Shown: positions 8,752 to 19,079 of the stretch, piece by piece
Numbering within the stretch: the stretch's first letter is position 1
Layout: each line of letters opens with the position of its first letter
Notes under the pieces: generated by a model
Told to the model about the DNA's origin: nothing
What the model saw: the letters and a program-made list of their open reading frames with translations, nothing else
The model's database searches: none
Program-made: the position numbers and the translations under genes
From: Polyangiales bacterium
GTDB taxonomy: Bacteria > Myxococcota_A > Polyangia > Polyangiales > Polyangiaceae
Length of the DNA: 64,000 bases
Direction: 5' to 3'
Assembly (NCBI GenBank): GCA_038231275.1
Contig: JBBRLQ010000030.1
Span: 1-64,000, forward strand

Positions 8752-9756
8752 TCAGTTGAGGCGGTGCTTGTCCTCGGGCGTCACGTCGTCTTTTTCGAGA
8801 AAGACGGCCGTAATTTCTCGCTCGAGCGCGCGCAGCATTTCGTCTTCGAGCGCCTCGATCGCGCCGGCCGCCCGCTCGAGGTTCCGCTGGTAGACGAACA
8901 GCCGGGCGCGCGCCGGCTCGGTCTCGTCACGCGGGGGAGGGGACTCGAGAAGCATCAGCGCGCGCGGATCGATCCCGTCCACGACGAGCTCCGCCCCCGG
9001 GACGTCGACGATGTAGACGTCCGCCTCACGTACGTACGTCGCAAAGACGGCGTCGAGCTTCATCACGACCGCCTGGACCGTCGCCGCGAACGCGTCCGGC
9101 GCCGGAGCCCACGCGGGGGCAGGTCGCAGGCTGTCGGCCGCGCGCGCGCGGAGGTACGCCTCGAGTGCGCCGCGCGGATCCTGCTGCTCGTCGCGGATGA
9201 GGCCGAGGTAGTAGAGCGCGTCGCCGTTCTCCGGATCCGTGCGCGCCGCCTCTTCGATGTACGGCACCGCGAGCAGGAGCTCCCCGAGCTCGTAGTACGC
9301 GCGCCCGATCATGAACGTGTAGCTCGCGTTGCTGAACGGCTCGTCGGGCAGGCTTCGCATCGCGCGCTTCGCCTCTTCGCGGTCCCCTTTGCCGAGGAGC
9401 GCGTCGACCTTGAGGAGCACGCAGTCGGCGACCTCCTCCGGCGTCTCCGCGAGCTCCGACGCGTCCTCGATGAGGGCGATCGCTTCGTCCCACTCCTCGA
9501 GCGGGGAGATGAGGACCTCGGCGGCGTTGAGCATCGCCTCGAAGTAGTTCTCGTCGAGGGTCATCGCCTGGCGATAGTGCTCGAGCGCCTCCTCTGACTC
9601 GCCGGAGAGCGCCGCGGTGTAGCCGAGCAGGTTGTGGACCTCCGGCGACTGCGGATCGATCTCGAGCGCACGCCGCGCGCACGCGTCGGCCCCTTGCGCG
9701 TCGCCGCGCTGCGCGAGGTCCCAGCCTCGATCCAGGTGTGCAGAGAGTTGGTCCAT
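8752..9756 (-). CDS. TPR protein with degenerate Zincin_1-like C-terminal domain
   Basis: Several TPRs (ALEIDPQSPEVHNLLG; DPENGDALYYLG); C-terminal IVDVPG..RLFVYQRNLER..EREIT; alternative start 9798. Confidence 0.75.
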   Translation of the reverse strand: MDQLSAHLDRGWDLAQRGDAQGADACARRALEIDPQSPEVHNLLGYTAALSGESEEALEHYRQAMTLDENYFEAMLNAAEVLISPLEEWDEAIALIEDASELAETPEEVADCVLLKVDALLGKGDREEAKRAMRSLPDEPFSNASYTFMIGRAYYELGELLLAVPYIEEAARTDPENGDALYYLGLIRDEQQDPRGALEAYLRARAADSLRPAPAWAPAPDAFAATVQAVVMKLDAVFATYVREADVYIVDVPGAELVVDGIDPRALMLLESPPPRDETEPARARLFVYQRNLERAAGAIEALEDEMLRALEREITAVFLEKDDVTPEDKHRLN

Positions 9757-9867
9757 CCCGGGGCGCGAAGATCTGGCCGAGTCCGGCCATTCCGTCAAGC
9801 GCCACGATGGGAATCGGCTCGGAAGTGGAGCGAAGGGCAGCGGAGCGAAACGCTCCTGCCGGGTCGC

Positions 9868-11715
9868 TCAATCGTGAACGACGACGCGAGTACCCAGCTT
9901 GTCTTCCGTCGACACCACGCCGTGCCAGCCGTCGGGGAGCTGCGGCTCCGTCCAGCCGAAGAGACGGCGCGCGTCCTCGGGCGACAGGTTCACGCACCCA
10001 TGGCTCTGCGTGTGCCCGAAGTTCGAGTGCCAGAACGCGCCGTGAAGGGCGTAGCTCCCGCTGAAGTACATGATCCAGGGGACGTCCTCGATCGAGTACG
10101 GCCCATCGCTCGCGACGTCCCCATCCATGGTGGCCGCGATGTGCTTCTCGCGGATGCGGAAGCTGCCCTTCGGCGTCGGGTGATCCTTCTCTTTGTCCAG
10201 GAGGTTCCTGCGGCCGCTCGACACGATCGTCGCGTAGACCGGCTTGTCTCCTTCGTAGGCGACCAGCGTCTGCGCGGTGAGGTTCACGTCGACCCACTTT
10301 TCCCCGGGCTTCAGATCGTGCGGCGCAGGGCCGGGCTTGGTGCGCGTGCCCTCGTTCATGCGCATCCACCAGCCCTCGTCGGTCTCCTCGTAGACGTAGC
10401 CGGCGATGTTGGCGGTCTCGCCCGTCAGACGGACGACCGAGAAGCGCGCGACGCCTTCGCCCGCCGTCGCCTTCTTCTTTTCGGCGCCAATCGAATATTT
10501 GTGCGCGTGGGTCCACAGGACGAAGCCGACGCCGGACGGATCCTGCACGGCCTTCCGCGGGACGTCGCCGGCGTCCACCTGCGCGCGCACGCCGGCGTCC
10601 GGATCACGCGGCGCGCGCGTAAGGGGAAGCGGCGCGTCGTCCTTGAGCCAGACGCCGTGGTAGTCGGTCGGGGGCTTCGTGACGTAGACGCGCTCGAACG
10701 GCGCGAGCAAGCCACCGGTGGTCCGCCACCACTTGGTGTTGTTGTAGGATTTCTCCTGATCGAGCGCGAGGTAGAAGCCCTTCACCATGCGGCGAACGAG
10801 CGGCGTTCCGTCCTCGCCGCGCAGATCGTCGAGCGTGACGGTGGGCTTGCCGCCGTCGTACTCGCGCAGGTACCACGGCACGCCGGCGTCGTCGCTCAGG
10901 CCGAACGGATCGGTCGCGCTCGTCAGCGTCGTCGTGCTGCTCGCCGGGATGGTCGCGGCGCCGGCGTCGAGCGCGTCGTCCGCGGTCACGTACGGGTTCG
11001 CGTTGGGATCGTCGACCGTCTTCGGCTTCGGCTTCTTCGTCAGCCAAGGCTCGAGGCGGACGCGGTCCTCGCGCGACGGGACGGTACGGTAGAGCGGCGT
11101 GCCGTTCGTGAGGTTCACGCCGTACTGGTACGGCAGAGGCCCGTTCATGTCGGGCGCGTGCGGCGCGATCTTGATGCGGGGATGATTCATGTCGAGCGAC
11201 GCGTACTTCCCGCAGAGGAAGCCGCCGGAGACGAGCTCGTACCAGCCCTCCTGACAGTTGGGCTTCTTGTGCGGCTCGGGAATAACCGGCACCGTCCCGC
11301 CTTGCCTGATGTATCCAACGACGTCGCTCTTGATCTCGCGCTCTCTCCGCGGGCGCCCGTCTCTCGCTTCGCGTGCCGGCCACTCCATGTCGCTCATGAT
11401 CGGCGTCGTCAGAAACAGCGCTCCGATGCGCGGTCCGTCGTACGGCGCCGCGTCGGTGCCGTGCGCGGTGAGGGGGCTCGCCGCCGCGCCAGAGTCGCTC
11501 GAGGGTGCCCCAACGGTGGGCTCTCCGGACGAGGCGGGAGGCGTCGCCGGCGGCGTGTTGGTCGCGCCGGTGAGCGGGTCGGTGCAGGCCCAGACGGCCG
11601 CGCCCAGCGAAGCGATCCCCAGCGCGGCCAGGACGAACCGCGTTCGCGTCGGGCGACGCGGACCGGCGCCAGAGGCGGGGGCGGGGGCGGAGGCGGGGTG
11701 CTGCGGTCGCTCCAT
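9868..11715 (-). CDS. L,D-transpeptidase (YkuD) lipoprotein
   Basis: VDVNLTAQTLVAYEG..VSSG..TPKGSF..ALHGAFWH..SHGCVNL; lipobox-like AVWAC; start uncertain. Confidence 0.9.
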   Translation of the reverse strand: MERPQHPASAPAPASGAGPRRPTRTRFVLAALGIASLGAAVWACTDPLTGATNTPPATPPASSGEPTVGAPSSDSGAAASPLTAHGTDAAPYDGPRIGALFLTTPIMSDMEWPAREARDGRPRREREIKSDVVGYIRQGGTVPVIPEPHKKPNCQEGWYELVSGGFLCGKYASLDMNHPRIKIAPHAPDMNGPLPYQYGVNLTNGTPLYRTVPSREDRVRLEPWLTKKPKPKTVDDPNANPYVTADDALDAGAATIPASSTTTLTSATDPFGLSDDAGVPWYLREYDGGKPTVTLDDLRGEDGTPLVRRMVKGFYLALDQEKSYNNTKWWRTTGGLLAPFERVYVTKPPTDYHGVWLKDDAPLPLTRAPRDPDAGVRAQVDAGDVPRKAVQDPSGVGFVLWTHAHKYSIGAEKKKATAGEGVARFSVVRLTGETANIAGYVYEETDEGWWMRMNEGTRTKPGPAPHDLKPGEKWVDVNLTAQTLVAYEGDKPVYATIVSSGRRNLLDKEKDHPTPKGSFRIREKHIAATMDGDVASDGPYSIEDVPWIMYFSGSYALHGAFWHSNFGHTQSHGCVNLSPEDARRLFGWTEPQLPDGWHGVVSTEDKLGTRVVVHD

Positions 11716-11990
11716 GCTCGAATGCGCTCTTTCCACGGGTGTCGGCCCGCGTCTACCGTCCATTACCCCTGAAAGGGCGCCGGTTTCCAGTTCTCGTCCT
11801 ACCCGTCCAAGCCTGGCGGGGCTCACCAACGGGCGGATGCTCGCGTGCCGAAGAGGTGGCATACCGATTCTTGCTAGAGCGAGCTCCGTGCCCAAACGAG
11901 TGACCCGAAATCATTACTTAAATTCACCGAGCGCCGCGTCGGGTGTGGGAATGGGCGGGCGCGCGCGTGGCTAGACGGACGCACCCCGTG

Positions 11991-13460
11991 ATGCGTGGGG
12001 CGTCGCGCGTCGCCCCGACCGCACCTCATGCGACACCGCCGGAGGAGCCGAACGAGCCCGACGGGACGGCCAGCGAGCCCGCGCGCGCGAAGACGCGCAA
12101 GACCGGCCCCGAGCGCTTCTGGGACTTGCGTCGCGTCCGGATCGCCCTCGCGATCGCTTCGGTGCTCTCACTCGCCTTCCACTGGTGGGTGGGTCCGTGG
12201 ACGGTGCGCTCGGGGCTGAAGTTCGAGATCCACGACGTCGAGGGGGAGACCGTGATTCCGGTCGACCTCATCGAGGACGAAGCGCCGCCAGCCCCTGCGC
12301 CGGTCGCCCCGCCGCCCGTCACGACGAACGATCCGAACGATCCTGGACCGAACGCGCGCGACGGCGGCCCTCCGCCGAAGAAGGACGCGGGGCCGTTGGA
12401 CGCGTCGCGTGACGTGGAGCTCGCCGACGCGGATCGTGACGGCGCGATCCACGACGCCGAGGCGGACGACGGAAGCGTCGACGACGGCGGCCCCATCGCG
12501 CTCGCCGACGCCGCGGGCGGGGGAGAAGGAGGCGCTCTCGCCCTCGCGGACGGCGGCAACGGCGGCAACGGACCGCGCGATCCGGAGGGCTTCGTCGGCG
12601 ATCTCGGGAAGATCAAGACCGGCGAGAACCTCGTCAACCTCTTCATCAACGTGGAGGTGATCCGCAAGACCCCCGCCGGCGCGCGACTCAGCAAGCTCGT
12701 GCGCGCCGCGCCGCAGTGGGACGACGCGCTCAAGGGGACGACGGTGGATCCGGTGCGTGACGCCGACTGGGTCTACATCTACGGACCTGCGCTGCTCCAC
12801 ACCGAGCAGGACACGATCCTCATTCACTACTCGGTGCCCGACGCCGTCGCCGACGAGGCCATCGACGCGATCCGCCGCCGCAGTCACAACGGCGCGGCGT
12901 ACGACGCCGGCGTGCCGGGCGTGAAGGCTACGCTCGGCCACGCCGATCGCGCGCCGCGCGTATTCTTGCGCGGCAAGACCAAGACCATCGCCGTCGTCCC
13001 GCCCAAAGATGCGACGGCCACCGCGCGCGTGCTCGTGTCCGCGAAGAAGCCGCCGCCGCCGCGGCCCGGCGAAGCGATGCGCCTCACCGTGAAGAACCCG
13101 AGCCGCCCGATCCCGCAGCTCCCGGCGCGCGTCACGGAGATGCGGCTCTGGATCATGCCGCTCGCCGACGGGAGCGCCGACGTCTTCGGCGAGCTCCAGA
13201 ACCCCGACGCGCAGGGGGCGACCGACTCGGAGACCGAGCTGAAGGGCTTCCTCCAGAAGTACCGCGGCAGCATGGAGGGCGCGCTCGCGAACATCGTCTC
13301 GCGCGGTCTCATCAACGCGGTCGAGATCGACTCGAGCGCAACGGTGACGAGGCTGCACGTGCGCGCGACCCCCGAGCAGATCGACGCGATCATCGGCTTC
13401 GTCGCGGCGCAGGCGGGCATCGACGTGTCGACGCCGACGCCCGCGCCCTCGGGCCGCTGA
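11991..13460 (+). CDS. Hypothetical single-TM protein with Pro/Asp-rich linker and large extracytoplasmic domain
   Basis: TM IALAIASVLSLAFHWW, DAG-rich linker, typical codon bias. Confidence 0.7.
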   Translation: MRGASRVAPTAPHATPPEEPNEPDGTASEPARAKTRKTGPERFWDLRRVRIALAIASVLSLAFHWWVGPWTVRSGLKFEIHDVEGETVIPVDLIEDEAPPAPAPVAPPPVTTNDPNDPGPNARDGGPPPKKDAGPLDASRDVELADADRDGAIHDAEADDGSVDDGGPIALADAAGGGEGGALALADGGNGGNGPRDPEGFVGDLGKIKTGENLVNLFINVEVIRKTPAGARLSKLVRAAPQWDDALKGTTVDPVRDADWVYIYGPALLHTEQDTILIHYSVPDAVADEAIDAIRRRSHNGAAYDAGVPGVKATLGHADRAPRVFLRGKTKTIAVVPPKDATATARVLVSAKKPPPPRPGEAMRLTVKNPSRPIPQLPARVTEMRLWIMPLADGSADVFGELQNPDAQGATDSETELKGFLQKYRGSMEGALANIVSRGLINAVEIDSSATVTRLHVRATPEQIDAIIGFVAAQAGIDVSTPTPAPSGR

Positions 13461-13507
13461 GACCCTTCCGGAACGGCCCGGCCCTCTTCCGCGTCCTCTC
13501 TGCCGCT

Positions 13508-14269
13508 CTACTTCGTCAGGTGCGTCGTCGCGACGCGTCGCTGCACACCTTGGAACTCGGTGACCAGGACGTCGTGACGAAAGGCCGGATCGACCTGTCC
13601 GGCGTTCTGCGCCTTCACGCCCATCTCCACGTCGCACTCGGGCGCCGTCGCGTCGGCGAGGGGGACGACGCTCATGTCGAGCAGCGCCTTCTCGCTGCGC
13701 ACGCTCACGATCGCGGACTGCTTGCCGTTCTTCAGGCACACGCCGTTCAGCTCGATTTCGAGCGACTCGGTCCCCGAGGCGCCGAGGCCGGGGACGTCGA
13801 TGGCGAGCGTCCCGGTGTGCGAGACGGCAGGGGCGGGCGAGAGCGTCATCGCGAACGGGGCAGGCACCATCACCTGCGATTCGCCGCCGTGGCGACCGTC
13901 CGCACGCACGAAGGAGATCGTCGCCGCGACCGCCAGAGCGGGCTGCGCGAAGTCGGCCTCGTAGTGAATCGCGTTGCCCTCCTTCACTTCGAGGAGACGG
14001 TGCGTCTCGCTGCCGACCGTCGCGGTGAGCGTGTCGGTCGCGGCGAGTTCGAGGAAGGCGCCGCTTTTGCCGAAGAGAGCTGCGTACACGCGAATGTGTC
14101 CGCCGTCGGACTGCGCGCTGAGGGACGGCGCCATGTCGGCCACCTCGTAGGCGGTGGTGGACTCCGCCGGTTTGGTCGGTGTCGTAGTGGTCGTCGTATC
14201 CGGCAAGGTCTTCGAGAAGCAGCCGACGAGGGTGACGAGGGGAAGCAAGGCAAAGAGTGAGGTTCTCAT
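13508..14269 (-). CDS. Hypothetical lipoprotein
   Basis: MRTSLFALLPLVTLVGC lipobox; Thr-rich linker; beta-rich body. Confidence 0.7.
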   Translation of the reverse strand: MRTSLFALLPLVTLVGCFSKTLPDTTTTTTPTKPAESTTAYEVADMAPSLSAQSDGGHIRVYAALFGKSGAFLELAATDTLTATVGSETHRLLEVKEGNAIHYEADFAQPALAVAATISFVRADGRHGGESQVMVPAPFAMTLSPAPAVSHTGTLAIDVPGLGASGTESLEIELNGVCLKNGKQSAIVSVRSEKALLDMSVVPLADATAPECDVEMGVKAQNAGQVDPAFRHDVLVTEFQGVQRRVATTHLTK

Positions 14270-14429
14270 GACCATTGCCTTGAGCAACCGACGTGCCGCG
14301 CTGCAATTCACGGGAGTTATGCGAAAACGCGTTCCGCGCCTCGTCGGACTGTAGCCGCCGCTTCACGTGCCGTTGCCGCCGCACATCACGGATCGGCACG
14401 GATCCAGCCCGTGCTACCGTCCCGACCTC

Positions 14430-14894
14430 ATGAAATTCGCGCTCGCCATCGTCCTATCGATCGTCCCTGGGCTCGCCGTCGGCGGCCTCCTCACCGGCTG
14501 CTCGAAGAAGGATCCGGAGCCCACGTCGTCCTTCAAGCCCGCCGAGGCGCCGCCCGAGCTGCCGGGCCCCGACAAGCTCGAGATCGTCGACGACGTGAAG
14601 GGGACCGGCAAAGAGGCCAAGTCCGGCGACACGGTACGCGTGCACTATACAGGTACCCTGATGAGCGGAAAGAAGTTCGACAGCTCGCGCGACAAAGGCG
14701 AGCCGTTCGAGTTCAAGCTCGGCAGCGGCGGCGTCATCAAGGGTTGGGATCAGGGCGTCCCCGGCATGAAGGTCGGCGGGAAGCGCCGCCTGACGATCCC
14801 GTTCGATCTCGCATACGGTGCGGCGGGGAGCCCGCCGAACATCCCGCCCAAGGCGGCGCTCAAGTTCGACATCGAGCTCGTCGAAGTGAAGTAG
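14430..14894 (+). CDS. FKBP-type peptidyl-prolyl isomerase (lipoprotein)
   Basis: VHYTGTL..FDSSRD..F..G..VIKGWDQG..AYG..IPP..L.FDIEL; lipobox LLTGC. Confidence 0.95.
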   Translation: MKFALAIVLSIVPGLAVGGLLTGCSKKDPEPTSSFKPAEAPPELPGPDKLEIVDDVKGTGKEAKSGDTVRVHYTGTLMSGKKFDSSRDKGEPFEFKLGSGGVIKGWDQGVPGMKVGGKRRLTIPFDLAYGAAGSPPNIPPKAALKFDIELVEVK

Positions 14895-14916
14895 CGACGG
14901 CGACGGCGATGGGCGG

Positions 14917-16794
14917 CTAGGAGCTCGCGCGCGCGTCGTGGAGGCGGCCTTCGAGCATCCGCTCGAGGGCCTCCATGCGATCGAGTCGGCCCGGGCCGAG
15001 GTGTGTCACGCCGCCGGCGCGCTCGAGGCGCACGAACGCGCGCGATCCTGCCTGTGGGACGAGGGTCGCGCTGCGAATCGCGCTCCACGGGACGGCGCGG
15101 CCCGCGAACGTGACGCCGTGCTCGTCCACCGCGACGTCCAGCGGCATCGTGGCGGCGAGCGCGTACGCGCACAGACCGAGGAGTCCGAGGACGGCGCTCG
15201 AGAACACGACGAACGCGTACGTGATGCGTTGGTGCGTCGCCTGATGCCCGACGCCGAGCGCGAAGAGCAGCGCCGCGCACAGGTGCAGCCCCACCGCCGC
15301 GGCCGCGAACGCGCCGGGCCGCCCCACGCGAAAGAACGCTCTGTACGCCGACGGCGGCGCGTCCGCCTGGTCCGGCCCCACCGCGCCGTGCCGAAGCGCG
15401 CGACGAAGGAGCACGATGAAGAGCGACGCGAGCGCGAGGTTCAGCGCGAGCGCCAAGAGCCCTAGCCCGTCGATCGACAAGAGCGTGTCGAAAGCGCCGT
15501 GCATGAGCGCTGCCCAGCCGAGGAACAGCAGCACGCTCGTCCTCCGCGAGACGAGCTTCTTGCCGAGCGCGTAGCCCCAGATCGCGCCGAAGAAGAGGTG
15601 CGCGGGGATGCTCGTGAACATGCGCGCGGCGATGATCGCGCTGCCCATGCACCCGAACGCGAAGTACTTCACGTTCTCGATGGCCGCGAAGCCGAGGCTC
15701 GACGCGGCGCCGTACACGATGCCGTCGACCGGCTCGTCGAACTCGGGGCGTCGCGCCGCGAGGGTCCACGCGCCCATGAGCTTCGCGCCCTCCTCGCTGA
15801 GACCGACGACGACCGTGAAGACCAGGAGGGCAAGCGGAAACGAGCTCGCGCTCCCGCCGAGCGTCATGACGCTTGGATTCAGGTACGGCGTCGCCGTCAT
15901 CGCCCCCCACTCCAGGAAGCCCGCGGGCACGACGCTGAGCCCTCCCAACGCGAACGTCACGAGCACGAGCCACCACGGCTCCGGGTACGCGCGGTCGAAC
16001 CGGCGCACGAAGAAGAGCCAGGCGAACGAGAGCAGCATCGGCACCACGAAGCACGCGACGGCGAGCGGCCACCGCACCGGCAGCGCGCGCGATCCGGCGC
16101 GCACGAGCGGCGGCAACGTGCCCGTCCTGAGGAGCGTCCGCAACGAGTGCGCGCGGGAGTACGCGGTGACGCCGTCGCCCATCGAGAGGACGAGGGCAGG
16201 GCGGCCCGAAGGCGCGCGCGCCTCGACGAAGAGCTCGCCGATCGGGCGCCGCGAGAGGACCCTGCGCCCGCGCGCGACGACGGTCTGGCGGCCTTGCAGC
16301 GCCTCGATCGCGGCGCGGAGCTTGGGCGCGTCGTGCACGTACAGCACCACATCGCGCTTCTCCGAGGCGGTGTCGCTGGCGGCGCCGAAGTCGACGTAGT
16401 CGCGCAGCTCGATCGCGGGGGTCTTGCCGGCGAGGCCCGCGGGGTCGGCCGGCGTCGGCGCGAACGTCGCGTCGATCGCGTACACGGCGAGCCCGCCGCG
16501 CCACCCGAGGACGTCATCGACGGCGTCCGCGCTGTCGCCGTCGACGGTCACGTGGAGGTGTCCGTCGGCGGCTGGCTCCACGTCGGCGGGCACGTGCGCG
16601 GCCCCAAGCCGCGCTTCGACGGCGCCGCGCGTGGCCGACGGTGGCGTCGCGGCCGCCGCGACCTCCCTTTCCGTCTTCAGGACCTCGTAGTCGAGCTCGA
16701 CGTCATGCGTCCCCGCGAGGTGCGTCCCGTCGCACCCGAGCAGGACGAACGCGGCGAGGAGCAGCACGACGAACGCGGCGGCGGCCCTTCTCAC
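14917..16794 (-). CDS. PrsW-family intramembrane metalloprotease with SecD-P1-like N-terminal domain and PH-like C-terminus
   Basis: EEGAK, GFAAIEN, HLFFG and HGAFD motifs; multiple TMs; N-terminal LLGC lipobox. Confidence 0.85.
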   Translation of the reverse strand: MRRAAAAFVVLLLAAFVLLGCDGTHLAGTHDVELDYEVLKTEREVAAAATPPSATRGAVEARLGAAHVPADVEPAADGHLHVTVDGDSADAVDDVLGWRGGLAVYAIDATFAPTPADPAGLAGKTPAIELRDYVDFGAASDTASEKRDVVLYVHDAPKLRAAIEALQGRQTVVARGRRVLSRRPIGELFVEARAPSGRPALVLSMGDGVTAYSRAHSLRTLLRTGTLPPLVRAGSRALPVRWPLAVACFVVPMLLSFAWLFFVRRFDRAYPEPWWLVLVTFALGGLSVVPAGFLEWGAMTATPYLNPSVMTLGGSASSFPLALLVFTVVVGLSEEGAKLMGAWTLAARRPEFDEPVDGIVYGAASSLGFAAIENVKYFAFGCMGSAIIAARMFTSIPAHLFFGAIWGYALGKKLVSRRTSVLLFLGWAALMHGAFDTLLSIDGLGLLALALNLALASLFIVLLRRALRHGAVGPDQADAPPSAYRAFFRVGRPGAFAAAAVGLHLCAALLFALGVGHQATHQRITYAFVVFSSAVLGLLGLCAYALAATMPLDVAVDEHGVTFAGRAVPWSAIRSATLVPQAGSRAFVRLERAGGVTHLGPGRLDRMEALERMLEGRLHDARASS

Positions 16795-16828
16795 GCGTGT
16801 AGACTACACGCCTCGAGTCTCTCCGCGA

Positions 16829-17329
16829 TCACTGGTTGTCGCAGGCGCCCGACGAGCACACGTTGAACTGGTTCGGGTCGCAAACCTTGCCGCACGCGCC
16901 GCAGTTGTTGACGTCGCTCGACACGTCCTGGCAGCCGGCGCCTGCGCAGTAGTCGACGAGCGTGCCGACGCACGCGCACGTCCCGGCGGTGCACGTCGCG
17001 CCGACGCCGGTGCAGGCGTTGCCGCATTTGCCGCAGTTGGTGACGTCGGAGCTCGTCGCGACGCATTTTCCGCCGCAGACCTGGTTCGGCGCCGGACAGC
17101 CGCCGTCGCCTCCTTGCGGATCGCGGTACCCGGCATCGACCCGCGGATCGGCCGCGTCGTACGCGAAGCCGCCGTCGCCGAGGAGACTCCCGCCTTCGGC
17201 ACCGCCATCCCCCCCGCCTTGCTGCCCCGATCCTGGCCCGAAGGGTGTGCCGGCTGGTGGATCGTCACTGCACCCCCCCATGATGGGAAGCGCGGCGGCG
17301 AGGACGAGGAGAAGGGACGTTAGGCGCAT
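16829..17329 (-). CDS. Cys-rich lipoprotein with STIG1-like D..NCG.CG..C repeats
   Basis: MRLTSLLLVLAAALPIMGGC; two SSDV.NCG.CG..C repeats. Confidence 0.8.
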   Translation of the reverse strand: MRLTSLLLVLAAALPIMGGCSDDPPAGTPFGPGSGQQGGGDGGAEGGSLLGDGGFAYDAADPRVDAGYRDPQGGDGGCPAPNQVCGGKCVATSSDVTNCGKCGNACTGVGATCTAGTCACVGTLVDYCAGAGCQDVSSDVNNCGACGKVCDPNQFNVCSSGACDNQ

Positions 17330-17419
17330 CGTCAGGGGACTCGTCCAATCGTAACGCAATCGCCATGCCCGAACATTCGCATTCGAACCGGGGCGCGGTT
17401 GCTCTAGGATTCCTGCCAC

Positions 17420-18394
17420 ATGCAGGACGCGCAGATCCTCTATTCAGTCGCGGGCGTCGTCGTCGCGGGGCTAGGCGCCTGGGTCGCGGCGGTGCTCGCG
17501 AAGGCGCCTGTCTTCGTCCCCGCGGTTCCGGCGAAGGAAGAACCGGCTCTCCCGAAGGAGGAAAAGATCGCTCGCGAGGAAGAGAAGATCGCGAGCCTGC
17601 CCAAGGTCGCCGCCGCCGAGGACGACGAGGAGCCGACCGGCCCCTACGCGATGATCCTCGTCGCCGCCGTCGGGCGCACCGATCTCGGCAAACTTCGCAA
17701 GAACAACGAGGACAGCTACGTCATCGACGACGCGCAGCACCTTCTCATCGTCGCCGACGGGATGGGGAGGCACGCGGCGGGCGAGGTCGCGAGCTCACTC
17801 GCGGTGACGGCGATCGACGAGGCGTTCGTCGGCGAGGTCGTGCCCACGAAGGCGCCGCAGCCGGAGGCCCGCCTCGGTCGTCGCGGCAATCGCTTGCGCA
17901 GCGCGGTGTGCGTCGCCAACGAGCGCGTGTACCGCCGCAGCCTCGAGGTCGACGCGTACGCCGGCATGGGGACGACCGTGGTAGCCGCGCACTTCTCGCC
18001 GAACAAGCAAAAGGTGTATCTTGCACACGTCGGCGACAGCCGCTGTTACCGCCTGCGCGCGGGCGACCTCGTGCGTCTCACGCAGGACCACACGCTCGGC
18101 GCCGCCGGCATCACCGGCAAGAACGCCGACGTCCTCGTGCGCGCCGTTGGCCCCGAGCCCACCGTCGACGTCGACGTCGCGGTCGAGTCGCCGCTGCCGG
18201 GCGACGTCTACCTGCTCTGTTCGGACGGGCTCACGCGGATGGTGCCGGAGGCGCAGATCAAGGAGACGCTGAAGACGACGCCCGATCTCGGCGCGGCGTC
18301 CGCCAAGCTCGTCGAGCTCGCCAACGGCGCCGGCGGGCGCGACAACATCACGCTGATCCTCGCGAGCATCACGGCGGCGCCGATGCCTCCGTGA
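17420..18394 (+). CDS. PP2C/PPM Ser/Thr phosphatase with N-terminal TM anchor
   Basis: RKNNEDS, VADGMG, GTT, HVGDSRCY, LCSDGL, GRDNIT. Confidence 0.93.
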   Translation: MQDAQILYSVAGVVVAGLGAWVAAVLAKAPVFVPAVPAKEEPALPKEEKIAREEEKIASLPKVAAAEDDEEPTGPYAMILVAAVGRTDLGKLRKNNEDSYVIDDAQHLLIVADGMGRHAAGEVASSLAVTAIDEAFVGEVVPTKAPQPEARLGRRGNRLRSAVCVANERVYRRSLEVDAYAGMGTTVVAAHFSPNKQKVYLAHVGDSRCYRLRAGDLVRLTQDHTLGAAGITGKNADVLVRAVGPEPTVDVDVAVESPLPGDVYLLCSDGLTRMVPEAQIKETLKTTPDLGAASAKLVELANGAGGRDNITLILASITAAPMPP

Positions 18395-19079
18395 GCTTGG
18401 CGGCGCGCTGGATCCCGCGGAGGACGTACTCGTGGTACCCCTCCGGTCCGCTCGTCCACACGGCGAGCGGCGCCACCAGGCTGCCGTCCTCCGTGGAGCC
18501 GAAGAGGAGCTCCGCGGCGCCCATCGCCGACAGCTCTTGGAGGTACGCCTCGGGATCGACGCGGCTCTCCTCTTCGAAGCGCGCGGCCTCGAACGCGATC
18601 GGCTCGCCGAAGGATTGCATCGCGCCCTTGTGACGCTCGGGATCCAAGCTCGCCAGCGGCAAGAGCTCCCACCCGGCGTCGACGAGCACGGGGAACGTGT
18701 CGTCCTCGCGCGCCTCGTCGAACGGCGCGTGGTCGGGGAGGGGGATCTCCGCAGCGGCGAGGTGCTCCCGTAGGCGCGCGTGCGCTCGGGCGCGACGGTC
18801 ACCCGTCCCCCAAAACGCCGCGAGGACCGAGGCGACCTCCGTCTCCGTCGAGCGGCGAGCCAGGCGCTCGTCGCGGCTACTCTTGTCGATCGACGCGTCA
18901 GCGAGCACTCCCTTCGCCCACTCCATCGCGCCTTCGAGCTCCGGCGCGTCACCCGCGGCGTCCAGCGCGAACACGTGCACGAGGTGCAATCGCCCCGCGA
19001 CGTACCGATGCTGACCGAGCGCGCGAACGACCCTCGCCGCGGCGTCGCCGTCAGGGACCGGGAGCTCGCGCGCCTCCAT
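18369..19079 (-). CDS. Hypothetical protein (236 aa), translationally coupled to the upstream channel gene
   Basis: ATG overlaps the TGA of the upstream gene (TGATG); C-terminal part of ORF 18369..20723. Confidence 0.7.
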   Translation of the reverse strand: MEARELPVPDGDAAARVVRALGQHRYVAGRLHLVHVFALDAAGDAPELEGAMEWAKGVLADASIDKSSRDERLARRSTETEVASVLAAFWGTGDRRARAHARLREHLAAAEIPLPDHAPFDEAREDDTFPVLVDAGWELLPLASLDPERHKGAMQSFGEPIAFEAARFEEESRVDPEAYLQELSAMGAAELLFGSTEDGSLVAPLAVWTSGPEGYHEYVLRGIQRAAKLTEASAPP

